Shown here: positions 43,635 to 54,285 of the stretch, in pieces
Position numbering within the stretch: the first letter of the stretch is position 1
How the letters are laid out: the number at the start of each line of letters is the position of its first letter
Assembly: GCA_965198115.1 (NCBI GenBank)
Contig: OZ240241.1
Location: 7,936,001-8,000,000, forward strand
Source of the DNA: Candidatus Latescibacterota bacterium
Lineage (GTDB): Bacteria; Latescibacterota; UBA2968
Direction of reading: 5' to 3'
DNA length: 64,000 bases
The notes under the pieces: model-generated
The model's database searches: none
Seen by the model: only the letters and a program-made list of their open reading frames with translations
What the model was told of the DNA's origin: nothing
Program-made: the position numbers and the translations under genes

Positions 43635-44579
43635 ATGACGCCAGATCAAATATTGTCTCACGAACCTGTGGTGCTGACCCAGCAACAACGTCAATTCTTC
43701 TTCGACAACGGCTACCTCCTCGTCGAGCGCATCGTCCCACAAGACTGCGTGGAGCGCCTGATCGACGTCACGAACGAAATGGTGGAGCGCAGCCGTTCTC
43801 TGACCAAATCGGACGCGGTGTTCGATCTGGAGCCCGGACACACGGAGGACGACCCACGTCTTCGTCGGTTGACCAGCCCCGTTGAACATCACTCGACCTA
43901 CTGGGAATTCGCCTCACAGTCGATCATTGCCGATGTGGCCTCCGATCTGGTGGGTCCGCACGTGAAATTTCATCACTCGAAACTGAACTTCAAATGGCAG
44001 TCTGGGGGAGAAGAGGTCAAGTGGCACCAGGACATTACCTACTGGCCGCACACCAACTACAGTCCCCTCACGATAGGCGTCTATCTTCACGATGTGGGCG
44101 AGGATCAGGGACCCCTCGGCGCGATCCCCGGCAGCCACAAGGGCGAACTCTTCAATCAATACAATGCCGAGAATCAGTGGGTCGGCTGTCTCAGCGACGA
44201 AGACGCCAAACGCATCGATTCTTCAGCGGCCGAGTATCTGACGGGTCCGGCCGGATCCATTACGATTCATCATTGTCGTCTCGTGCACGGCTCCCAGCCA
44301 AACCTCTCCGACAGGGGACGTCCGCTACTGCTGAACATCTATTCCTCAGCTGATGCATTCACGTATACGGCCAATCCGCTACCCAGTCGGTACGAAGGAA
44401 CGATCGTTCGAGGGCAGCCGGCGCGGTGGGCGCATCACGATGACCGCCCGTGTCTCGTTCCTCTGGATTGGTCGGGCGGTTATACATCGCTCTACGCATT
44501 ACAGCAGCAAGAGGAGTGGGACGCCGATCAGATCGAGAAGGTAGCCGAACAGACGGCGCAGATTCGACAGGAGGAATGA
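43635..44579 (+). CDS. PhyH family dioxygenase
   Basis: HHSKLNFK, WHQD, IPGSH, GPAGSITIHHCRLVHGS. Confidence 0.92.
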   Translation: MTPDQILSHEPVVLTQQQRQFFFDNGYLLVERIVPQDCVERLIDVTNEMVERSRSLTKSDAVFDLEPGHTEDDPRLRRLTSPVEHHSTYWEFASQSIIADVASDLVGPHVKFHHSKLNFKWQSGGEEVKWHQDITYWPHTNYSPLTIGVYLHDVGEDQGPLGAIPGSHKGELFNQYNAENQWVGCLSDEDAKRIDSSAAEYLTGPAGSITIHHCRLVHGSQPNLSDRGRPLLLNIYSSADAFTYTANPLPSRYEGTIVRGQPARWAHHDDRPCLVPLDWSGGYTSLYALQQQEEWDADQIEKVAEQTAQIRQEE

Positions 44580-45390
44580 ACGCGGAGATGGATCTGACGG
44601 TGTTGCGACCGGATCAGCGTGAGTTCTTCGATGAGAACGGATACCTCGTCGTGCCCGATGTGCTGTCGCCAGAGGAAGTCGCACGATTGACGGCCGTCTG
44701 TGACCCGATGGTCGACGAATGGCGCAAGGACGATGCCTGTTACGTCCAGCGACGGCCAGGGATTGTAGAGGAGAAAACCTTTCATCCCCTTCTGGCGCAC
44801 TCGGATACGGTCCCCCTCGTCGTACAACTGCTCTCACCGAACATCCATCTTCACACGGCCGCCATCATCTACAAGTTCCCAGAACCCAACAGTGAGAGTG
44901 CGTCAAGGGGATGGCACCGCGACATTGGCATGACGGAAGACCTGGGCCACAATCGAGTCTTTCGCGCCGGCGTCAAGGTCGACTACTGCCTGACCGATTT
45001 TCCCGAGCCACAATGCGGTTTCACGATGTTCGCCCCCGGATCGCATCTGATGTCGACACCTCTGCCCATCCCTCGGGACACGATCGATCCCGAACGCACC
45101 GTCGATCTCTGTCTCAACGCCGGCGACGTCTTCCTGTTCGAGAACCGCATCTTCCACACCGCGGCTCCGAACTTGAGCAAACGAACCTCGAAGGTCCTCA
45201 TCTTCGGTTACAGCTATCGATGGATGGGCGGCCGAGGCGACCTGATGGCCTTGGTCCAGCCGGGCGACGATCCGGCCAGGTCGACGATATCCGGAAGCAG
45301 TTGCTCGGTGGCGCCAGCGACGCTTTGGTCGAGTGGGCCAGCGAAAACGGGCTCGATCCTCATCCTTTCGAATGGACCGTGCAGGTGTAA
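44576..45390 (+). CDS. PhyH family dioxygenase (frameshift ~45270 near the 3' end)
   Basis: FFDENGYLVV, WHRD, APGSH, AGDVFLFENRIFH; ATGA overlap with the previous gene. Confidence 0.88.
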
Positions 45391-45471
45391 GACTATTCCT
45401 GACTTTCCTCCTTGCTCACCCAACTAAGATGATCCTTCCCAGATATAGAAGTTGAATGAGGGCGCCAACGC

Positions 45472-46584
45472 GTGGAAATCACAAAGGTCGAAATCCGAAC
45501 AGTCGCCCCGCCGGTCGATCGCTTTACCTGGTCTGACGATCTACCGGATCAGTACGCCACCAACACCGTTGTCCGAGTCTACACGGATGAAGGCGTCGAG
45601 GGGGTGGCAGGTGTCTGGAATGCGACATCGTTCGACTTCGAGCGCTACACCGCCGAATCGATCCGCCATCTGGCGCCCATCCTCCTGGGAAAGGATCCAC
45701 TGCTTCGGGAGTCCGTCTGGCACGACATCCGACCGCGCGTCTTCCCGATCCCGCCTCAATCTCTTGCCGCCATCGACATTGCCTTGTGGGACCTCGCAGG
45801 CAGAGTCGCCGGACTTCCGATCTACCAAATGTTGGGTGGGGCGAGAGAGCGCATGCCGTCCTACGCCAGCACCCCACTCTTCGAGGATGTCGTTTCCTAC
45901 CTGAAGCACGCTGAGGAGTTGATCGCTCAGGGCTACAAGGCCATCAAGTTCCACACCTGGTGCATTCCCGAGCTGGATCTCGAACTCGCCCGAGCCGTCA
46001 GGAAGACTTACCCCGGGGACGACGTCGCCTTCATGCTCGATGCGGAAAACAACTACGACCGCGACAGCGCCCTCCGGGTCGCCCAGGAGCTCGAAGCGAT
46101 GGGCTTCACCTGGTTCGAAGCGCCCCTGCACGACTCCGATCTCGAAGGCTATCGAGCGCTGACGAATCGAGTCAAGATCCCCATCATCCCGTCCGGCAAC
46201 TGGATCCAGGACCTCCAAACCTTCGCCACCGCCATTCGATCGAACGCGTGGGGACGCGCCCGAACGGACGTGGCTATGATGGGCGGCATCACGCAGACCA
46301 ACAAAGCAGTCGCCCTCGCCGAGGCAGCCGGCATGAAGTGTGAAATCATGTCCTGGGGTTACAGCCTCGTATCGGCGGCCAACCTTCACCTTATGCTCGC
46401 CCACGACAACTGCTCCTACTTCGAGCAGTCGGTTCCCTACGAACCCTATGAGTACGGGATGAAGGACGTGATTCGCACAAAACCCGACGGATACGTCGAT
46501 GCCCCGTCAGGTCCGGGTCTTGGTCTCGAAGTGGACTGGGAGGCTATGGAGGCGGCCACGATTCACACGATCGATGTCGAGTGA
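45472..46584 (+). CDS. Mandelate racemase/muconate lactonizing enzyme family
   Basis: AAIDIALWDL, GLPIYQMLGG, KFH, MLDAEN, WFEAP, PSGPGLG. Confidence 0.92.
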   Translation: MEITKVEIRTVAPPVDRFTWSDDLPDQYATNTVVRVYTDEGVEGVAGVWNATSFDFERYTAESIRHLAPILLGKDPLLRESVWHDIRPRVFPIPPQSLAAIDIALWDLAGRVAGLPIYQMLGGARERMPSYASTPLFEDVVSYLKHAEELIAQGYKAIKFHTWCIPELDLELARAVRKTYPGDDVAFMLDAENNYDRDSALRVAQELEAMGFTWFEAPLHDSDLEGYRALTNRVKIPIIPSGNWIQDLQTFATAIRSNAWGRARTDVAMMGGITQTNKAVALAEAAGMKCEIMSWGYSLVSAANLHLMLAHDNCSYFEQSVPYEPYEYGMKDVIRTKPDGYVDAPSGPGLGLEVDWEAMEAATIHTIDVE

Positions 46585-46629
46585 ACCCACATCAGGGAGA
46601 TTGGTTCCATACGGTACAGGAGGTACACG

Positions 46630-47094
46630 ATGATACGACGGATGATTCAGCTTGCTTTGTGTATGGGGGGCCTCGCCCTCACAACTACGGCCGGCGCGGC
46701 CGATGTCGACGACGTGAAATCCGCGACTGAGGGCTGGTTGACGGATGCCAATACGCAGAATGTCGCGAGTTTTGTCGCTCGCTATCATCCGGAAGAAACC
46801 TCGTACGGCGGTTTCGGTGAGCTGCTCTCCGATGGTGCACATACTATGGAGGCCATGACGGGCTTCTACGAGGCGGGCTTCAGGACCGATCTGCAATGGC
46901 GACACCTGGATGCAAAAGTGATTGGGAATACGGGCATCGCCACTGGCTACCTGACCGGGGCCGTGACGATGCCCGGAGAGAAAAAACCCGTGAAGGACAC
47001 GTGGCGAACGTCCGTCGTGTGGGTTCGGGATGGTGAGGCCTGGAAGATCGTCCACTTCCACGCTTCCGAGCTCCTTCCTGAAGAGGACGATTGA
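46630..47094 (+). CDS. Secreted NTF2/SnoaL-like protein
   Basis: Signal peptide; RTSVVWVRDGEAWKIVHFHAS C-terminus. Confidence 0.82.
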   Translation: MIRRMIQLALCMGGLALTTTAGAADVDDVKSATEGWLTDANTQNVASFVARYHPEETSYGGFGELLSDGAHTMEAMTGFYEAGFRTDLQWRHLDAKVIGNTGIATGYLTGAVTMPGEKKPVKDTWRTSVVWVRDGEAWKIVHFHASELLPEEDD

Positions 47095-47122
47095 ACAAGC
47101 AACACCCCGAGATTAGACACCA

Positions 47123-47650
47123 ATGCGCAAGGTTCTGGTCATCGGCAGCGCCGGTTCAGGCAAGACGGTGTTGGCGATCAAACTGGGAGCAGTGACGGGT
47201 TTGCCTGTCATCCATCTTGATGCGCTCCATTGGAAGCCTGGATGGATAGGGATGCCTCACGATGCTTGGGGGCGAATCGTCGCAGAAGCTGTACAAAGAG
47301 ACTGCTGGATCATGGATGGAAACTATGGCGGGACGATGAATGAAAGGCTGGAAGCGTGCGATACCGTCGTCTTCCTTGCCTTCCCGCGTCTACTGTGTGT
47401 CTATCGCGTCTTCAAGCGCTACGTGATGTATCGCGGGAAGACACGGCCCGATCTGCACCCGGGCTGTCCGGAGATGCTTCCAGACAGAGAATTCTTGAGC
47501 TGGATCTGGACCTATCCCAAGGAGCGAATGCCCAAGATCCTCCAAAGGCTGAAGTCCTATGAAGGCGCGAAGGAAGTGGTTATCCTGAGATCGCCACGAG
47601 CGGTCGAGGACTTTCTGTCAGATATAAGAAGACGGTTCGTGAGCACCTAG
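47123..47650 (+). CDS. FlaR-like P-loop kinase (DNA topology modulation protein family)
   Basis: IGSAGSGKT, IHLDALHWKPGW, WIMDGNY, RPDLHPGCPE. Confidence 0.88.
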   Translation: MRKVLVIGSAGSGKTVLAIKLGAVTGLPVIHLDALHWKPGWIGMPHDAWGRIVAEAVQRDCWIMDGNYGGTMNERLEACDTVVFLAFPRLLCVYRVFKRYVMYRGKTRPDLHPGCPEMLPDREFLSWIWTYPKERMPKILQRLKSYEGAKEVVILRSPRAVEDFLSDIRRRFVST

Positions 47651-47703
47651 CATACTGAATACCTACCGAGGAAAGATCATCACATCACGCGGGAGAGTGG
47701 ACC

Positions 47704-48540
47704 ATGACCGAAGAAGAAATCTACCTATTCGATACGCTGGGTTACCTCAGAGTTGAAAACGTCCTCGATCAGGATACGCTTGCTCAGGCGTTGGAGAGTG
47801 CTAAGAAAATCGAGCGAGACCACGAGCACCTTATCGCCGGGAAGAAGGGTGGCAGCTACGGCGATAAGTACAGGAAGGTTTTCCTATACGACAAGGTGGT
47901 GGAAAGGATCTCGTATTCACCTGAGCTGATGGATTACGTCTGCCACGTGACGAACAACCAGCCGCGGCTTATGGATGTTACGATGATGATTCAGAACGCC
48001 GATCACGGCTTTCATAACTTCCATCTGCGTAAGGACATCGAAAGTGAGATCCGGGAAGACGCGCCGCGATTCTATACCGACGTGGTCAATCGGCAGATCT
48101 ACCTGGACTATGTCACGTGCTTCGTCTACCTGACCGACGTGTATCCGGGAGACGGCGGTTTGCTGGTGGTGCCCGGATCCCATCGGGCGAGCTTCAAGTA
48201 TCCGCCTGAGTTGTTCTACGAGAAAGATGCATTCCCGGTCGATCCCGAGGAGCGTCAGAAGCTGGGATTCATCAACGTTACCGCAAATGCCGGCGACATG
48301 ATCATCTTGCCGTTGCGACTCAATCACGCTGCCCTCCCGTGGCTTCCGAGAGACCGCGACCGTGTCCTGTTGTTCTACACCTACCGGCCGCAGTTTTATT
48401 TCGCCGCAAATGCCGATCAGCTGATTGAAGACGCCCGGGCTGAGGGGATCGAGCTGGACGAGGAAACGAAGGATCTTGTTGCCATGCGGGAGAAGGCCGA
48501 GATCAAGGACGTTGTCAAGAAGCACCTTGCCAGCCGTTAA
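47704..48540 (+). CDS. PhyH family dioxygenase
   Basis: YLFDTLGYL, VYLTDV, GGLLVVPGSH, AGDMII..NHAALPW. Confidence 0.85.
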   Translation: MTEEEIYLFDTLGYLRVENVLDQDTLAQALESAKKIERDHEHLIAGKKGGSYGDKYRKVFLYDKVVERISYSPELMDYVCHVTNNQPRLMDVTMMIQNADHGFHNFHLRKDIESEIREDAPRFYTDVVNRQIYLDYVTCFVYLTDVYPGDGGLLVVPGSHRASFKYPPELFYEKDAFPVDPEERQKLGFINVTANAGDMIILPLRLNHAALPWLPRDRDRVLLFYTYRPQFYFAANADQLIEDARAEGIELDEETKDLVAMREKAEIKDVVKKHLASR

Positions 48541-48584
48541 TCGTGAGTCATGATGAACGGATCAGATTCCCTGCATGATTTCAA

Positions 48585-50153
48585 CGACTGTGCGCCGAAG
48601 GGTCACCAGGTCATATTTGTGGCTATATCCGGATCTCTCAACGAGATGAAGTGGGTGAAGGTGCCGTGGTTCCTGGCATGGGGGCGCGGTTAGAGTGTGC
48701 GGAACCTCTTCGGAATCTGCTCAGGGATGTTTATGTCTCCGACGGTAAGGAAGATCATATCGTTGAATGCGTCGAGTGTGCGGAATCCGCTGGCTCGGTT
48801 CTTGACGATTTGGACGATTCGGTTGAGGCCTTCGGCGATGGCGTTGGTAAGACGCGTGTTCACGAATGCGAGGACGCCGAAGAAGTGCTGTCGCAGGGTC
48901 CTGACGAACTTTCGCAGGGGTTCAAGTCGACTTCTGAGTGCGGACGTCGTCCAGCATTTCAGGAAGCGTTCGGCAGCCCAGGGCGCTTTGTATTCCCAGA
49001 ACTGCTCGAACTCGTCCTTGAGTCTCCAGGCTCTATAGATTCGGTAGTTCGCCTTCTCCAGTGCTTTGAGTGTCCGAGTATCCCCTCTGGAGCGTGTCGC
49101 TGAGTGCCGGTAGAGGAGCCATCGGAGGCCCTTCATGGCTTTGCGCTCATCCGGGGCAGCTTTACGCCACTGGTCCTTACGGACCTCGTCAACGGCGGCA
49201 TTGAGAGCCTTGACGATGTGAAAGCGATCGAGGACCAGCTTGGCATTCGGACAGTGTTCCTGGATGGCTCCGATGTAAGCTTCGCTCATGTCGCAGCAGG
49301 CCCCACTCGATCTTGGATCTCCGGTAGGGACTGAGAGCCTCTGTGAAGAACCGATCGATCGTTTTACGCGCCCTGCCGCGGCCAACCCACACCACGCAGG
49401 AGCGGTCCAGATCGTAAACGAGCGTGGCGTACCTGTGACGCTTGGCGTAGGAGATCTCGTCGATCCCGATGGTTTTGAGCCCTCGGATACGATGACCTTC
49501 ACGAAGCCGCGTGATGGATCGGTGAAGGAGATCCGACAGCGTCGAGGCAGAGATGCGCAGCAACTCGGACGCCGCCTTCTGCGTCATGGTCTGGCAGTAG
49601 CGCAGCATGGCATACTCGAAGCGATACGTCACCCGAGAGAACCGCTCCGCCCACGGAATCTCCTCGACCACACGACCGTGGGTAGGACACCGAATCTCCC
49701 GAGGATGGTAGAGAAGCCAGACCCTCCACCCGCACACCGGAATGTCACGCCACCGACGCGGATGGGGCATTGTGCGGACGATTTTACCTCGACGGCCGCA
49801 TTCCGGACAACAACAACCATTCTTATGGGGCTTTACGGCGATGACGAAACAGCTTCTCCCCTCAAACCACCAGCTGACAACACGGAACCCCTTGAATCTC
49901 AGCAGTTTCGATAGTAATCTGCTCCCGGTCATAGGTCGCACCCCCTTCGCTTTGATTGTCCTACACACACAACCAAGCGTAGGGAACGATCTATGACCTT
50001 GTCATTCTATAGTTTCACCGTTGAGAAACCCGGATAGAGCCATATTTGTTTGGTGCGACAGCGGCGCCCCTTTCGTCGTGGTTCTGACCTCTGGGGCTTG
50101 TCCGGCTTCGCCGGGCGTGCGCCCCGGGCTAATATCGAACGCCCCTTAGGGGC
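48585..50153. repeat. REP-like palindromic element split by ISL3 copy 3 (48585-48620 and 50050-50153)
   Basis: Blocks CGACTGTGCGCCGA, CGACAGCGGCGC, CCTTTCGTC, CGCCCCGGGCTAA and CGCCCCTTAGGGGC are colinear with the element at 57943. Confidence 0.7.
48621..50041 (-). mobile_element. ISL3 family IS, copy 3 (transposase frameshifted ~49302)
   Basis: Same TIRs; TSD ATATTTGT (48613-48620, 50042-50049). Confidence 0.96.
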
Positions 50154-50161
50154 TCAAGGCG

Positions 50162-50962
50162 TTGAAAACTCACGTCGACCTATCACAAGTATCCGAAGGT
50201 ATCCGCGAGCGGTACCGAGGTGCGCGGCCAGGTCCGCGAGAAGTCTACGTCGAAGGTGAATTCGGGATTTCGTCACGACATTTGAATGATCCATCGCTCG
50301 ATAGTCTACTGGTGAAGCAGCTCACTAGAGACACGGTGCCAGACCTGCTGGAGGACGCCCAAGAGCATTTCGGAGTCAAGTCCATCAGGATCTACGTTGA
50401 CGACCGCGAATTGGAAGTCGAGCTGAAACCCGCACTCCAAGCCGCGGGATGCCAGCACAGCTGTGACATGGTCTACCTGTCACACACTGGCGAACCGCCG
50501 ACATTCGAGCCAGTTCCCGACTTGAACGTCGAACCCGTGACGCGGGATACTGTTCGGGATTACGAAATTGTAAGAGCCAAGGCATTCGTCGATTCTGAGG
50601 AACAGCCCGAAGAATCCGAAGTAGCGGCAAATGCTGATGCATTTCTGGCCGATCTTAGCGGAAGCTGCCAGCTGTGGATCGGCCGGATCCGCAATGAAGC
50701 CGCTGCAATCGCTGGATGGTACGAAGGCAGTGATCGTCTCGTGTTCCATCTCGCCACACGTGTCCCGTTCAGGAATCGTGGGATTGCCAGGCATCTTCTT
50801 TCATACCTGGTTCACGAGACATACGGGCAGAATCGCCGATCGATCATGATCTTTACAGATCCTGAAGATTCCCCGATTCAGTTCTACCGACGGCTGGGAT
50901 TTACCCAGGAAGTCTACTGGCAGGCTCGGTACCTTTACGAACCTGCCACTCAAGAGTCATAG
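50162..50962 (+). CDS. GNAT N-acetyltransferase
   Basis: HLATRVPFRNRGIA, PIQFYRRLGF. Confidence 0.85.
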   Translation: MKTHVDLSQVSEGIRERYRGARPGPREVYVEGEFGISSRHLNDPSLDSLLVKQLTRDTVPDLLEDAQEHFGVKSIRIYVDDRELEVELKPALQAAGCQHSCDMVYLSHTGEPPTFEPVPDLNVEPVTRDTVRDYEIVRAKAFVDSEEQPEESEVAANADAFLADLSGSCQLWIGRIRNEAAAIAGWYEGSDRLVFHLATRVPFRNRGIARHLLSYLVHETYGQNRRSIMIFTDPEDSPIQFYRRLGFTQEVYWQARYLYEPATQES

Positions 50963-50994
50963 CGCTTGCTCTCAACCTGCTTCGAGAGACCCAC

Positions 50995-52880
50995 ATGACC
51001 AACACCCAGACCGACGCGCCGTGGAAGCCACTCCGACTGAAAGCCGGCATCATCATCGTCGCACTCCAGTGGCTGATCAGATTCGTCATCCCCTTCTTCG
51101 TCTGGGAGTTCACACCGTTCGGGGCGATGGGAGGCATGCTGGGCTGGTTGGCGCTGGTGGGCGTTTTTCAGTCGTGCACCGGGCTTCGAGCGATGGAGCG
51201 CACCTGTCCTCATTGATCGTGGCGCTCGCAGCCACGTGGCTCGTGCTCGACGATTCGATCGCGACGGCCATGAAAGGGATCATCTTCGTCTTCTATGCCA
51301 CGCCTTTCCTGAGTCTCGCTTTCGTGATCTGGGCCGTCGCCGGCCGTGGCCTCGCTGATCGTCCCAGACGCGCCACAATGGCTGCGACGATCTTTCTCGT
51401 GTGCGGCGCGTGGTCGCTCCTTCGACTCGATAGTATGGTTATCAGCGAAGGTGCGAAGTTCGCGTGGAGGTGGACTGAGACGTCCGAAGAGAGATTCCTG
51501 GCTCAGGCGGCCGACGACCGGAAAGCGCGACAGCCCACTTCAGGAGAGAAAGCATCGGGGCCCATCTGGTCGGGCTTCAGAGGTCCCGATCGCAACAGCG
51601 TTATCCGCAACGTAACATATCGAGACCGACTGGACGACCTCACCACCCGTGGAGCTCTGGAGACGCACCATCGGGCCGGGCTGGTCGTCCTTCGCCGTTA
51701 ACGGAGACCTGCTCTACACGCAGGAACAGCACGGCGAGGACGAGGTCGTGGTTTGCTACAACCTGGTCACGGGCGAACCTGTCTGGCAGCATCGCGACAG
51801 GACTCGATTCTGGGAAGCGATTGGCGGGCCCGGGCCGCGTGCAACGCCAACCCTTCATGACGGGCGCGTCTACACCTTCGGCGCGACCGGAATCCTGAAT
51901 GTCTTCGGAGCCGACGACGGCAGCGTCGTATGGTCGCGCAACGTGGCGACCGACACCGGCACGGAGGTCTCATACTGGGGTTTTTCGAGCTCGCCCCTGG
52001 TGGTCGACGACGCACGTCAGGCCCTTGTCGTTGATCCACGAAAACACTGTTCCGGTTTGAACAGCCGGTAAATTTCCGCCGTGCCCGCCGTCCGCTCCGC
52101 TTGGGCGACAGCAATGGCAAGACGGTTACAACGTTCTACGTGGACAGGTTCCACATCGACGGGCGTCCTGAAGCAGACGCCGTCATCATTGTAGCTGCCG
52201 CGACGCCCGCCGCCTACGACCTCGACACAGGCACTCCTCGATGGTCAGGTCCGAAGGGCGGCGAAGGCTACAGCTCACCTCACCGATCGACCATCGACGG
52301 AGTCGCGCAGATTCTCCTGATGGGCGCCGACGGGGTGAACAGTTTCGCTCCCGCCGACGGCGCACTACTCTGGGACTACGCGTGGTCCGGTACCGGAATC
52401 GTCCAGCCGGCCCTGGTCGACGGGGACATCCTGATCGGCAGCTAGTCTCAATCAAGTCGCATCTCGGTCACAAAAGAGCCGGATGGGTGGAACATCGAGG
52501 AGCGATGGACATCCAGCGGGCTCAGACCCTACTTCAATGACTTCGTCGTCCACGAAGGCTACGCCTACGGCTTCGATGGCCGACTACTCGCCTGCATCGA
52601 TATCGAAGACGGAAAGCGAAAATGGAAGGGGGGACGATACGGCGGTGGCCAGCTCGTTCTCCTGGCCGATCAAGACGTGCTACTCGTGTTGTCGGAGCAG
52701 GGCGAACTCGCGCTGGTCGGCGCCAACCCGGGCGGGTTCGCGGAGCTCACGCGGTTCCCCGCGATCGAAGGCAGAACATGGAACCACCCCGTCTTGGTCG
52801 GCGACGTCCTGCTCGTCCGCAACAGCGAGGAGATGGCGGCGTTCCGGCTCCCCCTCGCGAGCCTAGACACCGAAGCGTGA
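50995..52880 (+). pseudogene. Membrane-anchored PQQ-like beta-propeller protein, heavily fragmented
   Basis: [57 protein letters not shown] and TWNHPVL appear in successive frames; several frameshifts, a stop at 52443 and a 162-bp insertion. Confidence 0.85.
52014..52175. mobile_element. 162-bp non-coding fold-back insertion (MITE-like) flanked by GACGC direct repeat
   Basis: GACGC at 52009-52013 and 52176-52180; removal restores [15 protein letters not shown] and accounts exactly for the frame change (167 nt). Confidence 0.7.
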
Positions 52881-52884
52881 AACT

Positions 52885-54045
52885 GTGTTCTGCGAAGCTT
52901 ACCTTCAAGCCCTGATCGACGGTGCCGAATCAATACGGCCCCACCTGCTCCATATCACCAGCACGGCCGAATCCGCCGCATTCCGTCTCATCAATGGTGG
53001 CGATCTCTACATCGCCAGCGTCAGGCCCGACTTCGTGTCTGAAGGATACGTGCGCTCCGGCGGCTTGATGATGCTGCGCGAATACGAATCCGGCGCACCC
53101 TCACAAGAGGACGTCGTCATCGCCGGCTGGTCGGACACGGACGCTGAAGCGGACCGTAGCCTCGTCTCCGAGCTCGGCGAATCCGGAGCCTTCACCGTTG
53201 GCATCGGTCCCCAAGCAAATCAAGTTTCTGACCAGGTCGATGCACATCTCCCCAGCGCGCCACCCTGTCCCGATGCCGTTCTGTCCCAGCTCGACGGCCA
53301 GCCCTATCCGCTCGTATCTCTCCAGAATCTGGTCCTCCTCTGGACATTCACCGGAGAGCTCGTCGCCGCGCTCACCCGAGAGGGCATCATGCCTGTCTTG
53401 TATCAGAGCGTGCTCGTACCGGGTGCGCGCGATCGCAACGCATCCTTCGAAACCCGCCGCTTCCATCCGGCCCACGACGTGTCGGACGTCCCTTCGGGTC
53501 AGCTCGGCGGTTCTTTTCTCGAAAGAATCTCCATCTGCCTGAAATCCCTGCTCGTCGAGGCACCCGCGCTCGAGCGTGCCTCGACGATCGCGGTCGATAC
53601 GCTGAACGGCGGCAAAAACATCCACGCCTTCCTCTTGTCCCACTTCCCGGTTCATCAGGCCGGAGCGCCCGGCGATCCGGGCTATGTCCAGCGGCTCGAG
53701 ACGTGGAAAGGCGAAGACCCCGATCTCGACGAGCTCGAACGCAAGCTCGAGCCTGGCGACCTCTTCTTCTTCCTGGGCTACTACCGACGCCCGGTCGAGG
53801 CTTACGAGATCGCGCGAAGCCGGCAATGTCGCATCCTTGAAGTCATCACAGGTGCCGACGACCAGCCCGCCGACGTCGGTCACGAGCCGGACCACAGGAT
53901 CGATCCCGGCTGGCACTACACCGACTCGCTCGTCGACGTACCGGGTTACGACGTCCGGATCCTCCCTGCTTCAGGCATCGTGCAGGCCGCGGTTTATTGG
54001 TCCGTCATCGGCCAGATCACCAAGCTGCTCAAAGAGTCATCTTGA
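52885..54045 (+). CDS. Hypothetical protein, possibly tandem SIS-like fold
   Basis: 386-aa ORF with coding-like composition; two alpha/beta halves (RLINGGDLYI.., TLNGGKNIH..), C-terminal ILPASGIVQ. Confidence 0.65.
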   Translation: MFCEAYLQALIDGAESIRPHLLHITSTAESAAFRLINGGDLYIASVRPDFVSEGYVRSGGLMMLREYESGAPSQEDVVIAGWSDTDAEADRSLVSELGESGAFTVGIGPQANQVSDQVDAHLPSAPPCPDAVLSQLDGQPYPLVSLQNLVLLWTFTGELVAALTREGIMPVLYQSVLVPGARDRNASFETRRFHPAHDVSDVPSGQLGGSFLERISICLKSLLVEAPALERASTIAVDTLNGGKNIHAFLLSHFPVHQAGAPGDPGYVQRLETWKGEDPDLDELERKLEPGDLFFFLGYYRRPVEAYEIARSRQCRILEVITGADDQPADVGHEPDHRIDPGWHYTDSLVDVPGYDVRILPASGIVQAAVYWSVIGQITKLLKESS

Positions 54046-54084
54046 TATCGTCCTGGAGACAAAGAACCACGGGGAAGACGCAGC

Positions 54085-54108
54085 GTCAGTTCGAGCGGAG
54101 TCGAGAAC
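54085..54108. repeat. Short REP-like palindrome
   Basis: GTCAGTTCGAGCGGAGTCGAGAAC, imperfect hairpin in an intergenic region; single copy in this window. Confidence 0.4.
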
Positions 54109-54285
54109 TTGCTCATCGACCAAGTCCCAAGCCCCTACTGTCGGAGCTAGTATGCGGATAGGCCCGTCCTATGAACGAAAAGCCGAACTCGTGTCCATCG
54201 TATTCGGCGGCATGGCTCGTTGAACACCAGTACTGCTGGGTCATTGATGAGGAGTTGAAATCATAGACCATGCCCAGGGCCCGCC

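Noticed and set aside
54113-54270. Small minus-strand ORF between repeats
   Set aside because: No motif, lies between palindromic repeats, coding status unsupported.
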